A stretch of 61,997 bases of DNA, the filler included, from Platydemus manokwari (taxonomy: Eukaryota), in assembly GCA_037951405.1 (NCBI GenBank). It is 6 parts of 6 records of this genome, joined end to end, with 100 filler letters (N's around TTAATTAATTAA, not from the genome) between each part and the next. Parts side by side here need not be neighbours in the genome. Positions count along the whole stretch, not along the records: positions 30,864 to 43,558 come from JBBMOY010010015.1; positions 43,659 to 52,938 come from JBBMOY011272317.1; positions 53,039 to 61,997 come from JBBMOY011322315.1; 3 more parts are not named here. One strand, given 5' to 3'. Numbering within the stretch: position 1 is the stretch's first letter; the number at the start of each line of letters is the position of its first letter. The notes beneath the pieces were generated by a model. The model saw only the letters and a list, made by a program, of their open reading frames with translations, ran no database searches and was not told the DNA's origin. Both the position numbers and the translations under genes were made by a program. Below are positions 39,061 to 53,127 of this stretch, piece by piece.

Positions 39061-41623
39061 CGAAATCCAATAAATTATTTAATACTTTCACGATTTCTTT
39101 ATTTGTAATTGGATGGTTTTGTTCTCTTTGTTTTTTATTGTAATGTACATTTTGTTTGCCTATATTTCACATATTGTATTCCCGACGAACATTACTATAT
39201 TCGAGCCACATTTTATGAGCATATTTGAAACACGACTACTGATCTTTCGATAGGAATCATATGATGATAAAAAATACAATATTATATGTAATATAATTTT
39301 TAATTTTGTTAGACATTGATAGATTTTTATATGATGGGATAAATAAATGAACAAATCCAGATAATGATTATTACATGTTTAATCTAGAGAAAAAACACTG
39401 AATTCTAGGAAAATGTTTCATATTCCAAAATAAATCTCGTCAACAGAAATAATGAAGCTAAATAAAATATTATCTGACACAAAAAAAACATCGCATTGAA
39501 ATAACTTAAGTACGAATAAATTGATTATTAACTAATAGAAAGTACAAGAAAAATGATATTTTGAAAAGCTTTATCTTGCTTTACTTAAATCTGAAATAAT
39601 TATTTTACAACCCAATGATAACGTCAATCCTGTAGATTCATAATTCGACTTACAATATGGAGAATTAATCGAAAATAACAGCTTGTAAATTCGTTTTCGT
39701 GTTTAATAAATCCTTTATTTTTCGATAAATTTTATTTTTTAAAAGAATATTAATGATGAGTTTGATTTGTTCATTTTCATTTTTATCGTCATCAAATAGA
39801 CAAATTGATTTCAGTTTTATTCTTTTAAGTACCTCGATTTGATTTTAAAACATTGTTTTCTTTCAATTTGTTTCCGTAACTGTCTCATTTTGTCTCGGCC
39901 TTGACTTTAGAGGTCCAACAAAATAAAATTACGAAAAAATTGATTTATGTTGAACATTGATTTTTGTTTTGAAGATTGAAACAAACGAGACAAGATATTT
40001 TGAAATATTGACGGAAAAGAAAACTAGATAAGTTGAACATTTTCTGAGCCAATTAAAGACAAACTTCAATCAATAACAAAGATAAACTTCGAATAAACGG
40101 CATCATTGATTCGTAGATATCAATATAAATTAAGAAAAAAATCATACTCCATGAGTCATAACATTAGCATTGTGTTAAAAATTGAATCTTTATTTTTCCA
40201 CCAATCAAATTTCAGATGAGGATGTGTGTTGAGATTTAGAATGGCAGTAGAAATTGATTTTATAATGAAAATCTTTGTTTCTGGATAAATATTTTAGACA
40301 ATAAGCCAGCAGTCAGTAATTATCAACATTGAGACAATATTACAATTTTGAGATAAAGAATTGATTCCCATATGGAAATAGAACCAGCTTTCGATATTAG
40401 ATTGCTTGTATTAACAGATTTTAAAATGCAAATGACAGACTAAAATAGGAATTATTCATTAAAACAAAGTAAATTGTTAAAAGTCGATTTCACCATGAAA
40501 ATTTACAGAATAAAGAAAGGTGCTTTCTATCAAGTTTGAGGAAGACTTTTATCAATACAATAAAAACAACAAAATCATAAAAAAATGAACTGATTAATAA
40601 TATTTTCAGCATTTATTTATAGATTTAATTATGCATTTTTCCATTAAAAATCATTTTTAAAATCGGAAATTTCTTAGCATTTTCCGAACATTGTAAAATG
40701 AAAATTTTCGAAAATAGAATAATCAATTATTAGCTTAATAATCACCATAGTGATGTGTATTGTTGTTTGTGTTTTTTCGTCTTAATTTTGTCTTCTCCTT
40801 TGATTTTGGTACTGGTAATGATAATAAACAATAAGGATTACCCGAGCAGACGAAAATCTATCATAATCTATCGCAATTGTTGGACTCTGAACATCAAAGC
40901 AGGTGGAATGGATTCAATCCCACCGTCAAAAGCAGCTTCACTGCATTAATGATTTTAAACTGTCAATACTTGTAAAGTGCATTCACTAATTAATCCAGTT
41001 AAAAATGAATCCGGTGCTATATTTATTTGATAGAAAATTATTAATATTAAATACACAAGCTGAAAAATCGCATTATTTCTCAGCCGCCTCCAAACAGTGA
41101 TATTGAATGACAGTCTTTATGTTGCTTTGATCTTATCATCAAAGATGATTTCTCTGAAATGGTTTCATATCCTCTTAAATTTCAATGACGTAATATATAA
41201 TAAAAAAATCACACCCCATCTTGCCTTTGTTGTTTATTATTTTTTTCTATTTATTAATAGCTATGGTTTATTAAATTATTTATTATTGTTGATACGGTAT
41301 AACTCAAGGTTTTGATATGTCTAATATATATACATACAGCTTCCTCTAACTCCCAACATAGTATTTAATTGATTAGATTAGCTCATATTTTTCACGCTTT
41401 ATATACTTGACATATACAAAAGAAAAGATTGTTGTTGAATTTTATTATGCTTAATTTGTTATTCTTCTATTTTTAAAAAGGCAATCTATTGATAGATGAA
41501 AATATTTTTTTCATTGTTAGGTATTGAGAATTTATATAAGTGTATTTTGGTATGCTGCATCAAATAATTTTATATTCGATTTTATGTCTAGATCAGCTGA
41601 AATTTCTGTTTAAATCAAGATAA

Positions 41624-42200
41624 TGGGTCCTTTGACCTACTTTCTTGAAAATGAAGTTTCAGATATGAGATAATTTTGTAACGTAATTTTATATGTAATT
41701 GTGATGATTGATTTATCAGTATAATTCAGTTAATATTTCATTTTTAGAATGTCTAATATGGACAAAACATAATTTTAAAACCAAATTCCTATTCTAATCA
41801 CAACACTTCTATACGATTATTTGAGTTTTTAAATTTAAATTTTATAATTATGAATCGGGTTAGTTAATTACAGATATGTTCAATAATATCATTGGTTATT
41901 TTTATAAAATAATTGTAAAAATTGAGAATATCTCTCAATTTGCTTCTAATGTTAAAAAGGGGTCCTGGCTAATTTTCAATAAATTGCAATTCGATCTACT
42001 TTTTTATTTTTTCCAAAAATCAAATTTTAGGAGATTTCTAAGCTATGGTGTATTTAATATCTGATTTCTTAAGTACTTAAATAAAAAGTTCAAAATGTTT
42101 TTCAATAACTTAATTAAATAAACTATATAGAATTTCGCAATACACTGAACAAATTTAAAATCTCATTTTAGGACCCTTTTTTTAACTTTTGCCAAAATTT
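41624..42200 (+). repeat. Dispersed repeat, copy B
   Basis: Collinear similarity to 23690-24260. Confidence 0.85.
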
Positions 42201-45200
42201 TTGTGTAATGAATTTTAAAATTTTTATTTTTCATTATCATTAGTTTATATTGAAATTCGTGACTCAGTACATTATCACTGCCCGTGTTTATGTGTGTATA
42301 AACTATAAAATTAAGTTGTGAAATAAAACTTTTACCCGTGGTCAAACAATATCTCGGATCGTGCTTTTATCAAATGAAAGTTATTTAAAATTTAAAGTAC
42401 CTCTGTCTAATAAAAGAACAATCGACCCAGTTCATGACAAAGTATAAGATCAACTAGAATCTTGAAAATTATTATAAAACGGTCGATTAAAATTTACTTG
42501 TAGATGTGTATATACATGTTGGTGTGTGTGTGTGTCTAAATTAGTGACTTACATATTCTCAAACATTTGTAACTAAATAATGATCATTCTTTTTACTCGT
42601 GCATTCGAACAAGAAAGAAATGGAAGAATTTTGATTAGTGAATAATTTTCGGTGCAATTCATCTTCGTGTGTTTTTAAGCCTGCAATCAATAATTATATT
42701 TTTACTAATTTAATTTACGCCATCATTAAGTGATTGTAAAATAGGATATGTACTAATTTGTTTCATTGGTTAAGTGTTTAAAACGAAACAAAACTACGTT
42801 GACAATCAATCATAAAATCTAATTCAGTTTGGGTTCTGGAACCTATCAAATGAGAGTAGAAATTGATACAATAATTTATTGATTAACAATGGATCAGGAT
42901 AATCCAGTAACTGGATCAATATATTTGATAAACTGTACTGATCAAGTAGTTTAAAAATTCAGCTATTTATCGAGTAAATCTACCACAGTGAAATAATATT
43001 GAGTTCCGATATGAGAATTTTTATGTGGTGGGATGATTTTGAGAAAATCAATACTAGATAGCAGTACTTTCAAATCAAAATACCAGTGTATTTACAGAAA
43101 AATAATTTTCGAAATACGATAACATTTATTGTTATCAAAATTTAATCGATAATCAATTTATTTTCAACTTATCAAGGACGAAAATGAAAACTAAAATCAA
43201 TTCTCTTTCACGAAGTTCTACTGACGAAAGTAATGCAAACATACATCCAGAGCAAATATTTACCGAAAATTTTTAACTGAAATCAGTTACGATAATATTT
43301 GGCATTTCCATATAAAATTGACAGCTTAATTATCAGAGTTTTGCATTCATGTTGGAATTCGAATTTTCTTCACTTAAACTATTTATTATCAAACTATTTT
43401 TCCCATGTTCAATATAACTGAGATTGGAACTGACTTAACTGTCAAAAACAATCCACATATTTGATGTGACATTTACCGGATTTCGTTTGCGGTACTGATT
43501 GCGTGGTGCTCTACGGTGGGAATATGTGTGAAGACTTCATAAATATTTCAATGGTTTTNNNNNNNNNNNNNNNNNNNNNNNNNNNNNNNNNNNNNNNNNN
43601 NNTTAATTAATTAANNNNNNNNNNNNNNNNNNNNNNNNNNNNNNNNNNNNNNNNNNNNTTACTATGCAAAATGTACTTTAAATAAATAAATATTTTTCAA
43701 AAAAAACCGAAATTTTAAGGTTATACACCTAATAGGTAATATAATTTTGAAACTGATAGTTAGGTTAATTAAATATATATCACTATTCCCACACCTATTA
43801 TCTTCACACAATAAGGTTGTGCGAGGTGAAGGAACAACGAAATAAGGTAGATTACACATGTGGCCTGACTCAATAGCTCATAGAGACTGATTATGACAAT
43901 AGTGGTATTAAATAGGATTAAGCTTAGTAAAATAATTACTATCAAAATAAAACCCAACATTATCAACCCATTTTATGAATTAGAAATAATTATCCCCGAT
44001 AACGATTCGTTAATAGATATTGATAATTCATATTAAAAAGTGGAAAAATAATGATAATGTTTCTAAAAATAGAAATATAATTGATTAGCAGAAATAGCCC
44101 CCTAGAATATATAAAACAGACATACAATATCCATTAAATAATTTTGCCCATTAAACAAAAATTTCCATAAAAAAGAATATTATTATTCCATTTATAGAAA
44201 AGGCATTCAAACACAGTAAAAAGATACCCAGCTAAAAATCAATTGTTGAATTTATCAGCATTCGTAAAACATAAGCTATTTCAAATATTCCTTGTAAAGT
44301 TCCATGTTGTATACTGGAAGATTTCAACTCGATAGCTTTGATAAATATTCTACGCAACAACCGGCAAATATCGGTTAAGTAAATCTAACATAATTTTAAA
44401 ATCATCATAAAGCTATCCTTGTCAAACCTATTTATAGAGCAAATAGCTCATTTGCCTTCAATTGATTACGCTGGTGAGGTTTCATAAATCACTAACTCTC
44501 AAAATAATCTATTGTTTAGTAATTGAGGCCATATGTAAAGTATCAAAATCATTTTATTACAAATCATAGGATTCAATAAGGTTTTGATTTAACTCTCGTT
44601 TTTGATAAAATATAAGACACCTCTTCATGTAGGGATTTTTCAATCATTATTCTCATCCCATTACCTTCTCAGTGGTATTAGAGTCATTAACACAGTTTGG
44701 TATATAAAACACTGAATAATTTCGAGATCCTTTCCTGCATCCAAGTTGCAGAATGCTCGATGTAAAGATGCAATAATCAATTTTAAGTTAAACTACTACT
44801 TAAAGGTTATCAGAGCTCATGAGACTGATAAAACGTAAGTACTATGAACAAAATAAATTGTAATAACAAGATTAATCGCGATAAAACAATAATAGGACCA
44901 CCAAAATTAACACATTAATTTTATAAGTTTTGTTTCTCAAATCTTCTATTACGAATTAGTCAATAAATATTGCTAGACGAATTGAAAATTCAATAAAACA
45001 GAAAACGTTTCATTATCGAATTAAAGATTTGAACAAATCTCGATGTAATCAAACAAAATAATAGCTGTAATACTCCAATACCACCGCTGAGTGAAAAATG
45101 TTAAAAATATTTGCCAATCATCATTTATAATAATTCTTACGAATAAGTTTCTTGTATTTGGAGCATTCTTTGGAAACAGAAAGAATGATAAGAAATATAA

Positions 45201-45331
45201 TGATACAAACAATAATTTTAAGAGATATCAAAGCATTAAGGATTTTATAATTAAGACAACGGTGTAAAAATAATACATGTTCAATCTTGAGTTTATCGAG
45301 ATAACCCGATGAATATTTCGAAGATATTCTA

Positions 45332-46261
45332 TCAGACATTGGCACAGCAAATAGGGCAAATAGGGTCGCACAAACTGATAATCAGTTCTCTGGTACGCAT
45401 TTCGAAGCATTGGTTGCATATTCTATGAGCACAAGCATAAAATTGAAAATAATTGCTATTATTGGAAACATGACTAAAACAAATTACACATTTTCTTTCA
45501 CTATCAATCAATAAAGTTGGAAATAGCTTCACATATAAACCGTCATTTACAATCGGTAAATATATAAAAATAAATTTCATATACAAAATGGTACGGTTCA
45601 ATGAACTCGGTGTGTGAAATCTCCTCGATTTTGTTTCATTTATTTTGGATAATCTTTCAAGATCTACAGTGTAACCAACATCTTCATCTGATTTAATGAT
45701 ATTGGTCAAATCAGCAATGATTATGTAATAGTGTAATAAAAACCGCAACAACGCTGTTTGGCCTGTGGTTTGCAAGGCTTCCAAATCATCCACTGCTTCA
45801 TAAAATGCGTTCCTATCGATGGTTTTATGCTGGAGGTTATTACCAAATACTTTTCTGACACCCTGCAAATGTACATTTGCCTTGATTATGCTCATCATTC
45901 GTTCATCTCTTTCAATAATCGATATGTAAACATTGATATTTTGGAGAGAAATTTCGAAATATTCTCTCATCATCAATTTGTGTTTGTTTAATGTGTTTTG
46001 GAATTTTTGTTGATAAATTTCATTTAATAATGTCTCAGATTTAATTTCTTTCACTATTCGGTTTGATTCATCAACAAAAACGATGTCGTGGATAGTTGTC
46101 ATGTCTACCGGACATTCAAGTTTGGTATCAATTGACATATACAAACATTCGTCGCAAAACACATGAAATTTGTAGCATTGCTTGAAACCGGAATAACATC
46201 CAACATGGCAATCATCATAACATATTGAACAGATTCTCTCATTTGTATTTGAATCCATCAT
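45332..46261 (-). CDS. Intronless double-RING-finger protein (309 aa from ATG 46261), putative E3 ubiquitin ligase
   Basis: N-terminal C3HC4: CSIC...CYKFHVFCDEC...CPVD. C-terminal C3HC4: CVIC...CAHRICNQC...CPIC. The linker of about 200 aa looks helical, and the frame is uninterrupted. Confidence 0.85.
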   Translation of the reverse strand: MMDSNTNERICSICYDDCHVGCYSGFKQCYKFHVFCDECLYMSIDTKLECPVDMTTIHDIVFVDESNRIVKEIKSETLLNEIYQQKFQNTLNKHKLMMREYFEISLQNINVYISIIERDERMMSIIKANVHLQGVRKVFGNNLQHKTIDRNAFYEAVDDLEALQTTGQTALLRFLLHYYIIIADLTNIIKSDEDVGYTVDLERLSKINETKSRRFHTPSSLNRTILYMKFIFIYLPIVNDGLYVKLFPTLLIDSERKCVICFSHVSNNSNYFQFYACAHRICNQCFEMRTRELIISLCDPICPICCANV

Positions 46262-46769
46262 TAATAAATTAAATTTATAATGAAAATATTTAAACAATTA
46301 TTTTCACTTTTTCAAAATACAGAAAGTTGTATTATAATTCATTAAAATATTATTTTTATTAAAATTTTAATTTTAAATTGTTTTTTATATTAAATAGTAA
46401 TGACAAATATTTTATTCATCTTGTTTAAAAAATATTCTATTTGGTTGAAGTTTTAAATTAAAATTCTAACATTATATAACAATTTAAATATTCAATATAA
46501 ATGGAGTTTATAAAATAAATTCAAAATAAAATTTTTAATAATAATAATTAAAAAATACTCATTTTAAATATTAGTGAATATTTAAATTTTCTTATTGCTA
46601 TATGAAAGTACAACAATCGCTCTTAATACATAGAGTTATTTTATACCTATTGTTTTGTCGAAATAACAAAATGGTTGTCATGATACTTGAAATAATAAAT
46701 TTAAAAAATAAATGTCAATAAATTTAATTATTTTTAGTTAAAAATCTATATTAGCTAACCCGTGACATT

Positions 46770-47105
46770 TTTAATAATATAAAATAACTTATTTTTATTA
46801 AATTATTGGAAAAATTAAGAGCGTATCTCAATTTGTTTTTAATGTTAAAAATGTTCCTCACTAATTTTCAATAAATTAGAATTCGATCATCTTTGATCCG
46901 TTTTCAAATAATCAAAAATTTTATATGATATTTAAGCTCTAGTCTATTTAATATTTGATTTTTTAACAAGTAAAATCTTCTCGAGTACTTAAATAAAAAA
47001 TTCAAAATATTTTAAAAAAATATAATTAAATAGACTTTATAGATTTTTGCAATGCACGAACCAAATTAAAAATATTATTTTAGAACCATTTTTCTTAACT
47101 TTAGC
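46770..47105 (+). repeat. Dispersed repeat, partial copy C
   Basis: ctaattttcaataaattagaattcgatc...gagtacttaaataaaaaattcaaaat matches copies A and B. Confidence 0.8.
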
Positions 47106-49929
47106 CATAATAATTGTTCCTAAAATATGTTCACAACAGTAACTTCAAAGCATTTATTAAATAGTGTTTTCATTTTTTTAATAAATACCTTGTTTTTTAA
47201 AATAATGAATTTGAGCTAATTGTTCCAAATCCAGGGCTGTTAGATCGAGAATTAATTAGTGCAAAGAAACATTGTTTCTTTATTAATATCAATGACATAT
47301 TTCGGTGGATAGAACACCGTTCTTATTTGAACTACATCTTACAAGATACTTCGTAATATATGCCCTAATAAAAAATTTTAAAATAAATAAGTATAAAAAG
47401 AAGGTCATCTTGTCATCTCCATCACCTGTGTTGGAGTGTTTCAGCATGCTTATTCTCTCAACGAGTTATTGGTAGAAAATTAAAGAAATCCCCAATATCA
47501 CGGTAACAATCGAATTAGATTCCAAAATAAAAGTCCAGGATACATTCCATTGTAGACGAATCTTAAATAAAAATCGAATAAAAATCAACTATACAAGTAT
47601 ATATATGAAAGTAATTGAGTGGTAATAATTATTGCAATTAGGTGAAAATTTTGCATGCTCGATTGCATATAGAGAAATTCTAAGTGTTTTCTTTAAATTA
47701 TTTTTATTCATAAACGAATGAGGAACGATAAATTATATTTTGTTTATCAGTTATGACCATGAATTTGAATTTTTAACCATTATTTTTATATATAGTGATG
47801 ATATTTATATATATGGTTAGTATGTCTGTTTCTTTACCGTGTTTCTTTACTCTGTATATGTTTTGCCAATTTGATTTATTAAAACTTTATGTTTAATTAA
47901 ATTTTAAGTAAAGGTTTAGTTTTATTTTCATTTCTATATTGAGCTATTTATAAGTGATGTCCCAAAATAGTTATATATAACGCTATAAATATTATAGACC
48001 AAATAAACCATTTCTTCACTTTTTAATTCTTCGTCCGAATACAGTTGAATTAATCTGAAGAATCTAAGATCGACAAATGGATCGAATACCCGAGAGAGAT
48101 TTGTTCATTTGTTTGACCATTAGAGAGAAACAGTCATAAGCAGTTTTATAACAAGTATTGTTACCTCTTTCATTTCCTTGGTATTATTTGATCGTACACC
48201 ATGTTTCGGTGTACCAAATACCATTCAGAATTGTTTTACAAAAAGTTTTATTTACGATTTCTAAAATCGTCATTTGTTCGAAATATTTATGAGTCAATAA
48301 AGCCATGTTCTTTCATTGATTATAAGTGTTCGAATAATTGTTATTTTTATAGGATAATGACTCGATAATGTAAAAATATAACTCATAATCTTATAGTTAT
48401 CTAGTTTAAATTAAAGAAAATTAATCTTGGTGCGATTACAACTAAAATATCTGACTTAATCTCCAAACAAAAGAAACAGAAGCCCACGGTACCAAACACA
48501 ATCAGTTATGATAATTAAATTTTCGTCTAAATTTAAGAAAGGGGATTCTCAAATAAAATTTTAAATATGTTGAGTGCAGTGCAAATGTCGGGATCAACCA
48601 CATAACATATTATATTATAAAACATCAACTTATACATTACCACCATTGCCACACATCATTATCATGATAATTGTGACCATTGCAATCTAACGAAGCATTC
48701 TCTAAAATGTATAAAGAATCAATAGCACAGTATTTTCTTAATTATAGATGGGGATAACCAAATCAAGAACAAGATCAGTTATTCCAATTCGACAATAATT
48801 AGATGATAACAATTAGACATTTGATCAGAGATATTGATTATCAAGTGAATCTGGTCAACAACTTTGTATTGATTTGGTTTGAAATTGACAGAAATTGACA
48901 ATGCTATTTGGATTGTTATAATGGTCGATGATATTAATGTGAAATCATTTTGACAACATATTATTGTTTATTTGAATTATTTGTTTGTTTATTATTTTAT
49001 TTTATTAGAGGGAAAGAGGAGAATTTCGACAAACATATGATGGATTCCTACTAGCTTGTGCTAAGTAGTATTTAGTATGACAATTTAAAGATAATGGAAC
49101 TAGTAATAACTCGTTGAACGATCAGTAAATTAAGATAATATGATTAAAATCAGAAGTATGGAGATTCCACCAATGATCTGATCTAAATCAGAACAGTAGG
49201 TTGCGTGTAATTTGGATAAAATAGTATAGATAAATAATAAAGCAATGAATGATAATAGGAATATTTTTATTATAACACAAATTAACGATTGCATAATGCG
49301 ACTAGATTAACAGAAATGAAGTGTTGTGTCTTGAAGATGAGAACAACCGTCGTAGGGACGTAGATGCCGTCGTACTTCGGAAAATAAACTAATGAATTGA
49401 TTGATTTTAGTTTACAAGCTCTTATGGCTTTGAAATTAATAATTTAGCCAAGGAAATCTCAACGAGCTTTGCGAGGAGATTAGTAAAGTTAAAATAATGA
49501 TATTTATCATTGGCTTAGATAAATTTAACGAATTGAGCGATTGAATAGATTATTGGATAAGGTGATCCCAAGCTTAAGGTGATGAATATTCCTAAGCTTC
49601 TGTGTGTCAATGGATGAGAAGATTCTGCTGGATTGAGGCTAATCCTGATTCTATAAGATTAATATTCCAATTAACTTCTCCCAAAATAGCTATGATAATT
49701 CTAGATAGATGAGGTTTTTTCCAGAATTAATTGATTGGTGAAGAGTGCCTTGAGCGTTGAAGATTGGATGCAAAATTTACGCGCTTGAAATTTCTCTCAG
49801 AAATTAATGTGAAAATTCTACATTTAGACTGGGTTTATATACCCAGATTTTTTGTGGGAGTGATGATTAATTTTTTCCCATTAATTTTATTTATTTACTT
49901 TCAATGGTTACTAATGCTTTCACCTTAGT

Positions 49930-49985
49930 AATATGCAAATCACCATGGAGATGTACATTATTATTTTAAAGTGTCATGGCAACGC
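49930..49985. promoter_or_regulatory. Octamer plus two RFX X-box-like motifs
   Basis: ATGCAAAT 49933-49940, ATCACCATGGAGAT 49939-49952, GTGTCATGGCAAC 49971-49983. Confidence 0.3.
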
Positions 49986-51059
49986 GTTTTTTAAATTTAA
50001 TTTTTGGGTTCGATTATTCATTTATTTTATCATATAATTTATGTAGGTGGGATGTGCGTTGACTGTACCCAGCACATATAATAAAGGAAAAATAATTAAT
50101 AAAACAAAATAATTAAGAAAAACATTAATAATGTGGATGAGAAAATGCTGTAAGTGAGGTAGTTAATAAATACATAAATCACCAATTGGTCGTTTAACAA
50201 ATACATGAAATTACTGTAAGAATACATGAATCATCACTTGGCCAATTAAAAATACATAAAATCACCATTTGACCATCGGTCGAGCTAACATAAATAACCG
50301 ATTAAAAATCTGCAAAACATTCACTTCCACACTGTCACAGAAAACATTTTGCACGACATTGGAATATAATAGGAAAAAGTGACTACTTGGATTACGTTAA
50401 ACTTCGAGTACTTTTTTGACAATTGATCTTTTGTAAACCGAGTGACGTACAAGGATACGTATTTATTCGTTTGCACGTAAATTGTGCGGAGTAAGGATAT
50501 TGTTCATTTTTCTAATCAACTTCACAAATTTTATAATAATAACTTCACATTTTGATTTAACCATTATTTTTGTCGAAATTAATTCTTCTTAAAGTGACCC
50601 TCCACTTCATCCGCTTCGGACTATCAGCCACTTGCTTTCGCGACGTGCTGAGTATTGCAATTATTTTTGTTTTATATCTCCGATTAGTGTTGTCATGTTT
50701 TGTTTCGTAAATAAAACTTTTCATCTAGTAACGTCTTCTTAATAACTCAGAGTATTATAGACATATAACATTTATCTAGGTGTGAGATTATAACTATTAA
50801 TTTATAACATAACTTTAGATTTTTATCAAGAATACGCTCAGTCGTTTCATTGTTAAATTTAACTAATCATTTAGTCAATCTTAAAAGACAGATTAACGTT
50901 AGGAATCTTTAGGTTATTTCATTCAATAATCACTTATCCGATAACGTGGTGATCTATACCCGTTGTCGAAGTCCCTTTGAACTAGTGTTATAATCAAATA
51001 AAATCGACCAGAAACAAACATACCAGGCATAACTAATAATAACAATAAAAAATCCGAAG

Positions 51060-51382
51060 TCATATAAAGATATTATTATTTAATACAAAACTCTTTATAG
51101 TTTATTTAATTATATTCTTTAAAAACGTTTTGAATTTTTTATTTTAGTTGTTTGAAATCAAATATTAAATTACCGGTGCTTTAAATTCTTCTAAAATTTG
51201 ATTTTTTTAAAAAGAATCAAAGTCGGTCGAATTGCAATTTATTGAAAATTAACGAGGACCCCTTTTTACCATTAGAAACAGATTGATAGATACTCCAAAT
51301 TCTTACAATTATTTGGTAAAAATAGGCAATGACATTATTAAAAAAATATCTGGAGTTAACTAACTCGATTTATAATTATAAA
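51060..51382 (-). repeat. Dispersed repeat, partial inverted copy D, interrupted at about 51383
   Basis: atcaaagtcggtcgaattgcaatttattgaaaattaacgaggaccc is the reverse complement of the family core. Confidence 0.8.
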
Positions 51383-52600
51383 TGTTGGATATGCACACTA
51401 TATAAAATTGTACAAACACTCCCTAAATACTCCCTATAAATATATAAAAAATAACTGAACAAACGTTCCCTAAACACTCCCTATAAATATATGTAAAAAA
51501 TATGTACAAGCACTGCACTCCATCTACAAACATAAACATCACTGCACTCCATTTACAAACACAAACAATATTTGAGTGTGGACTGATCTGCTGTCGAGAG
51601 AACTGTTTTAACTGATTAGTTAATAAACATTAGTTTTTATCCTTTACTTTTACGCTCGTAATAAACTTTAGTGTTTCATCAGTTTGATCTTTTATTTTTA
51701 TGCGAGTAATAAACTTTATATTATCATTTTTATATGTTGTATTTTGCTTATGAATCTTTTATTATTATTCTTGTTTTATGTCAAAATTCGTATTTTATTA
51801 ATAAATCTTTTATTATTATTATGAATCTTTTATCATTTTTTATTTTATGTCAAAATCCGGTGGATAATAAAGATACGGAGAGAAATAAAAATAAATAAGT
51901 GATAAATGGTGAAATTAAACAAATGATAAAAAATAACGGCAAATAAATAATGATTAATATTGAGTTAATTATAACAAATAACATAGTAAATAGTAAAAAG
52001 ATATGAAGAAAAATAATAAGAAATATAATAAATATAACTATAATGGACAATAAAAATCAGATAGAATCATTAATTATTCACACGAAACGTGTGAAAAAAT
52101 CAGCAAAAAGTGATTGGCATGAAGAGCCGTGTAAGTGGGTCGATTCGATCAGTGAATATAAATAACGGCGCTGATCAGAGCACTACGCACAATATTAATT
52201 ACAACACGAAGCAGCATAACACTGAATACCAATTGAAACCAAGGCCAATAGCGCATAAATATTGATTATTACATTGATATAGTTCGGAATTGTCAAAATC
52301 GGTGATATTCAGCCAGACGATTTATCATCACAGCAGAGGAATTTTAGAGAAAGCGACATCGAAATGTGTTGAGGAAATTTATAGCATCGCTAGATTTTCG
52401 CCAATAAATAATCATCAACCTTGTTAGGGGTCGTGCCATATCGGAAGTTCATACAGCGCCGCCGCAATCACAGTAAGGCCCAAAGAGACAACGCATTCTC
52501 TGTGCTTCAATCTGAAAGTTAACATTAAATTTACTTTCCGACATCTTGGTCTTCAATACCAGGTGTTGAAACCCCTTTAGGACTGGTGACTTTAGATTAA
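51383..52600. mobile_element. Possible LTR-like insertion with internal direct duplications and decayed adjacent sequence
   Basis: Starts TGTT exactly where repeat copy D stops. Duplicated ctccctataaatatat and cactgcactccat.tacaaaca, and repeated gtaataaac. No matching second LTR in the window. Confidence 0.35.
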
Positions 52601-53049
52601 ATCGAGCCAAATAATTAATCATCATTCAAAAATGAAACAACCACCTCGTAACACAAAATTCATTTAATAAAAAGTGGTGCCGAGAAGTAATTTTTAAGAG
52701 TGAAGAGAAGCAATAAATTGCTTAATAAACTAGTAATAAACTGCTTGATTTGAAAGATAAATTAGTGGGGGCAATAAATTCCTTGATTTGAAAGTTAAAT
52801 TACTTGTAAATTAAATTAATTATAACAATCAATTGAGATTTGTTTCCTATAATTATATATCTTATTAGGTTGTAAATAAAGTTCGCGGACAAAATTGTAA
52901 ATAAAAATTTGCCATCACGTTTTGCCATCGATTTATTCNNNNNNNNNNNNNNNNNNNNNNNNNNNNNNNNNNNNNNNNNNNNTTAATTAATTAANNNNNN
53001 NNNNNNNNNNNNNNNNNNNNNNNNNNNNNNNNNNNNNNTAATGCTGCCA

Positions 53050-53075
53050 TTAATAATAATTATAAAATAATAATG

Positions 53076-53125
<50 letters not shown>
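53050..53125. repeat. (AAT)n microsatellite near a contig end
   Basis: Directly visible. Confidence 0.9.

Positions 53126-53127
<2 letters not shown>

Noticed and set aside
51400-51720. Short direct repeats resembling a CRISPR array
   Set aside because: Eukaryotic context, only pairs of imperfect repeats, irregular spacing and no cas genes.
51850-52050. Hydrophobic 66-aa ORF resembling a membrane protein
   Set aside because: Translation of low-complexity AT-rich sequence (F/I/L codons).
52672-52690. TGGTGCCGAG resembling an LTR primer-binding site
   Set aside because: Short match with no defined upstream LTR end; a similar string occurs at about 35885.
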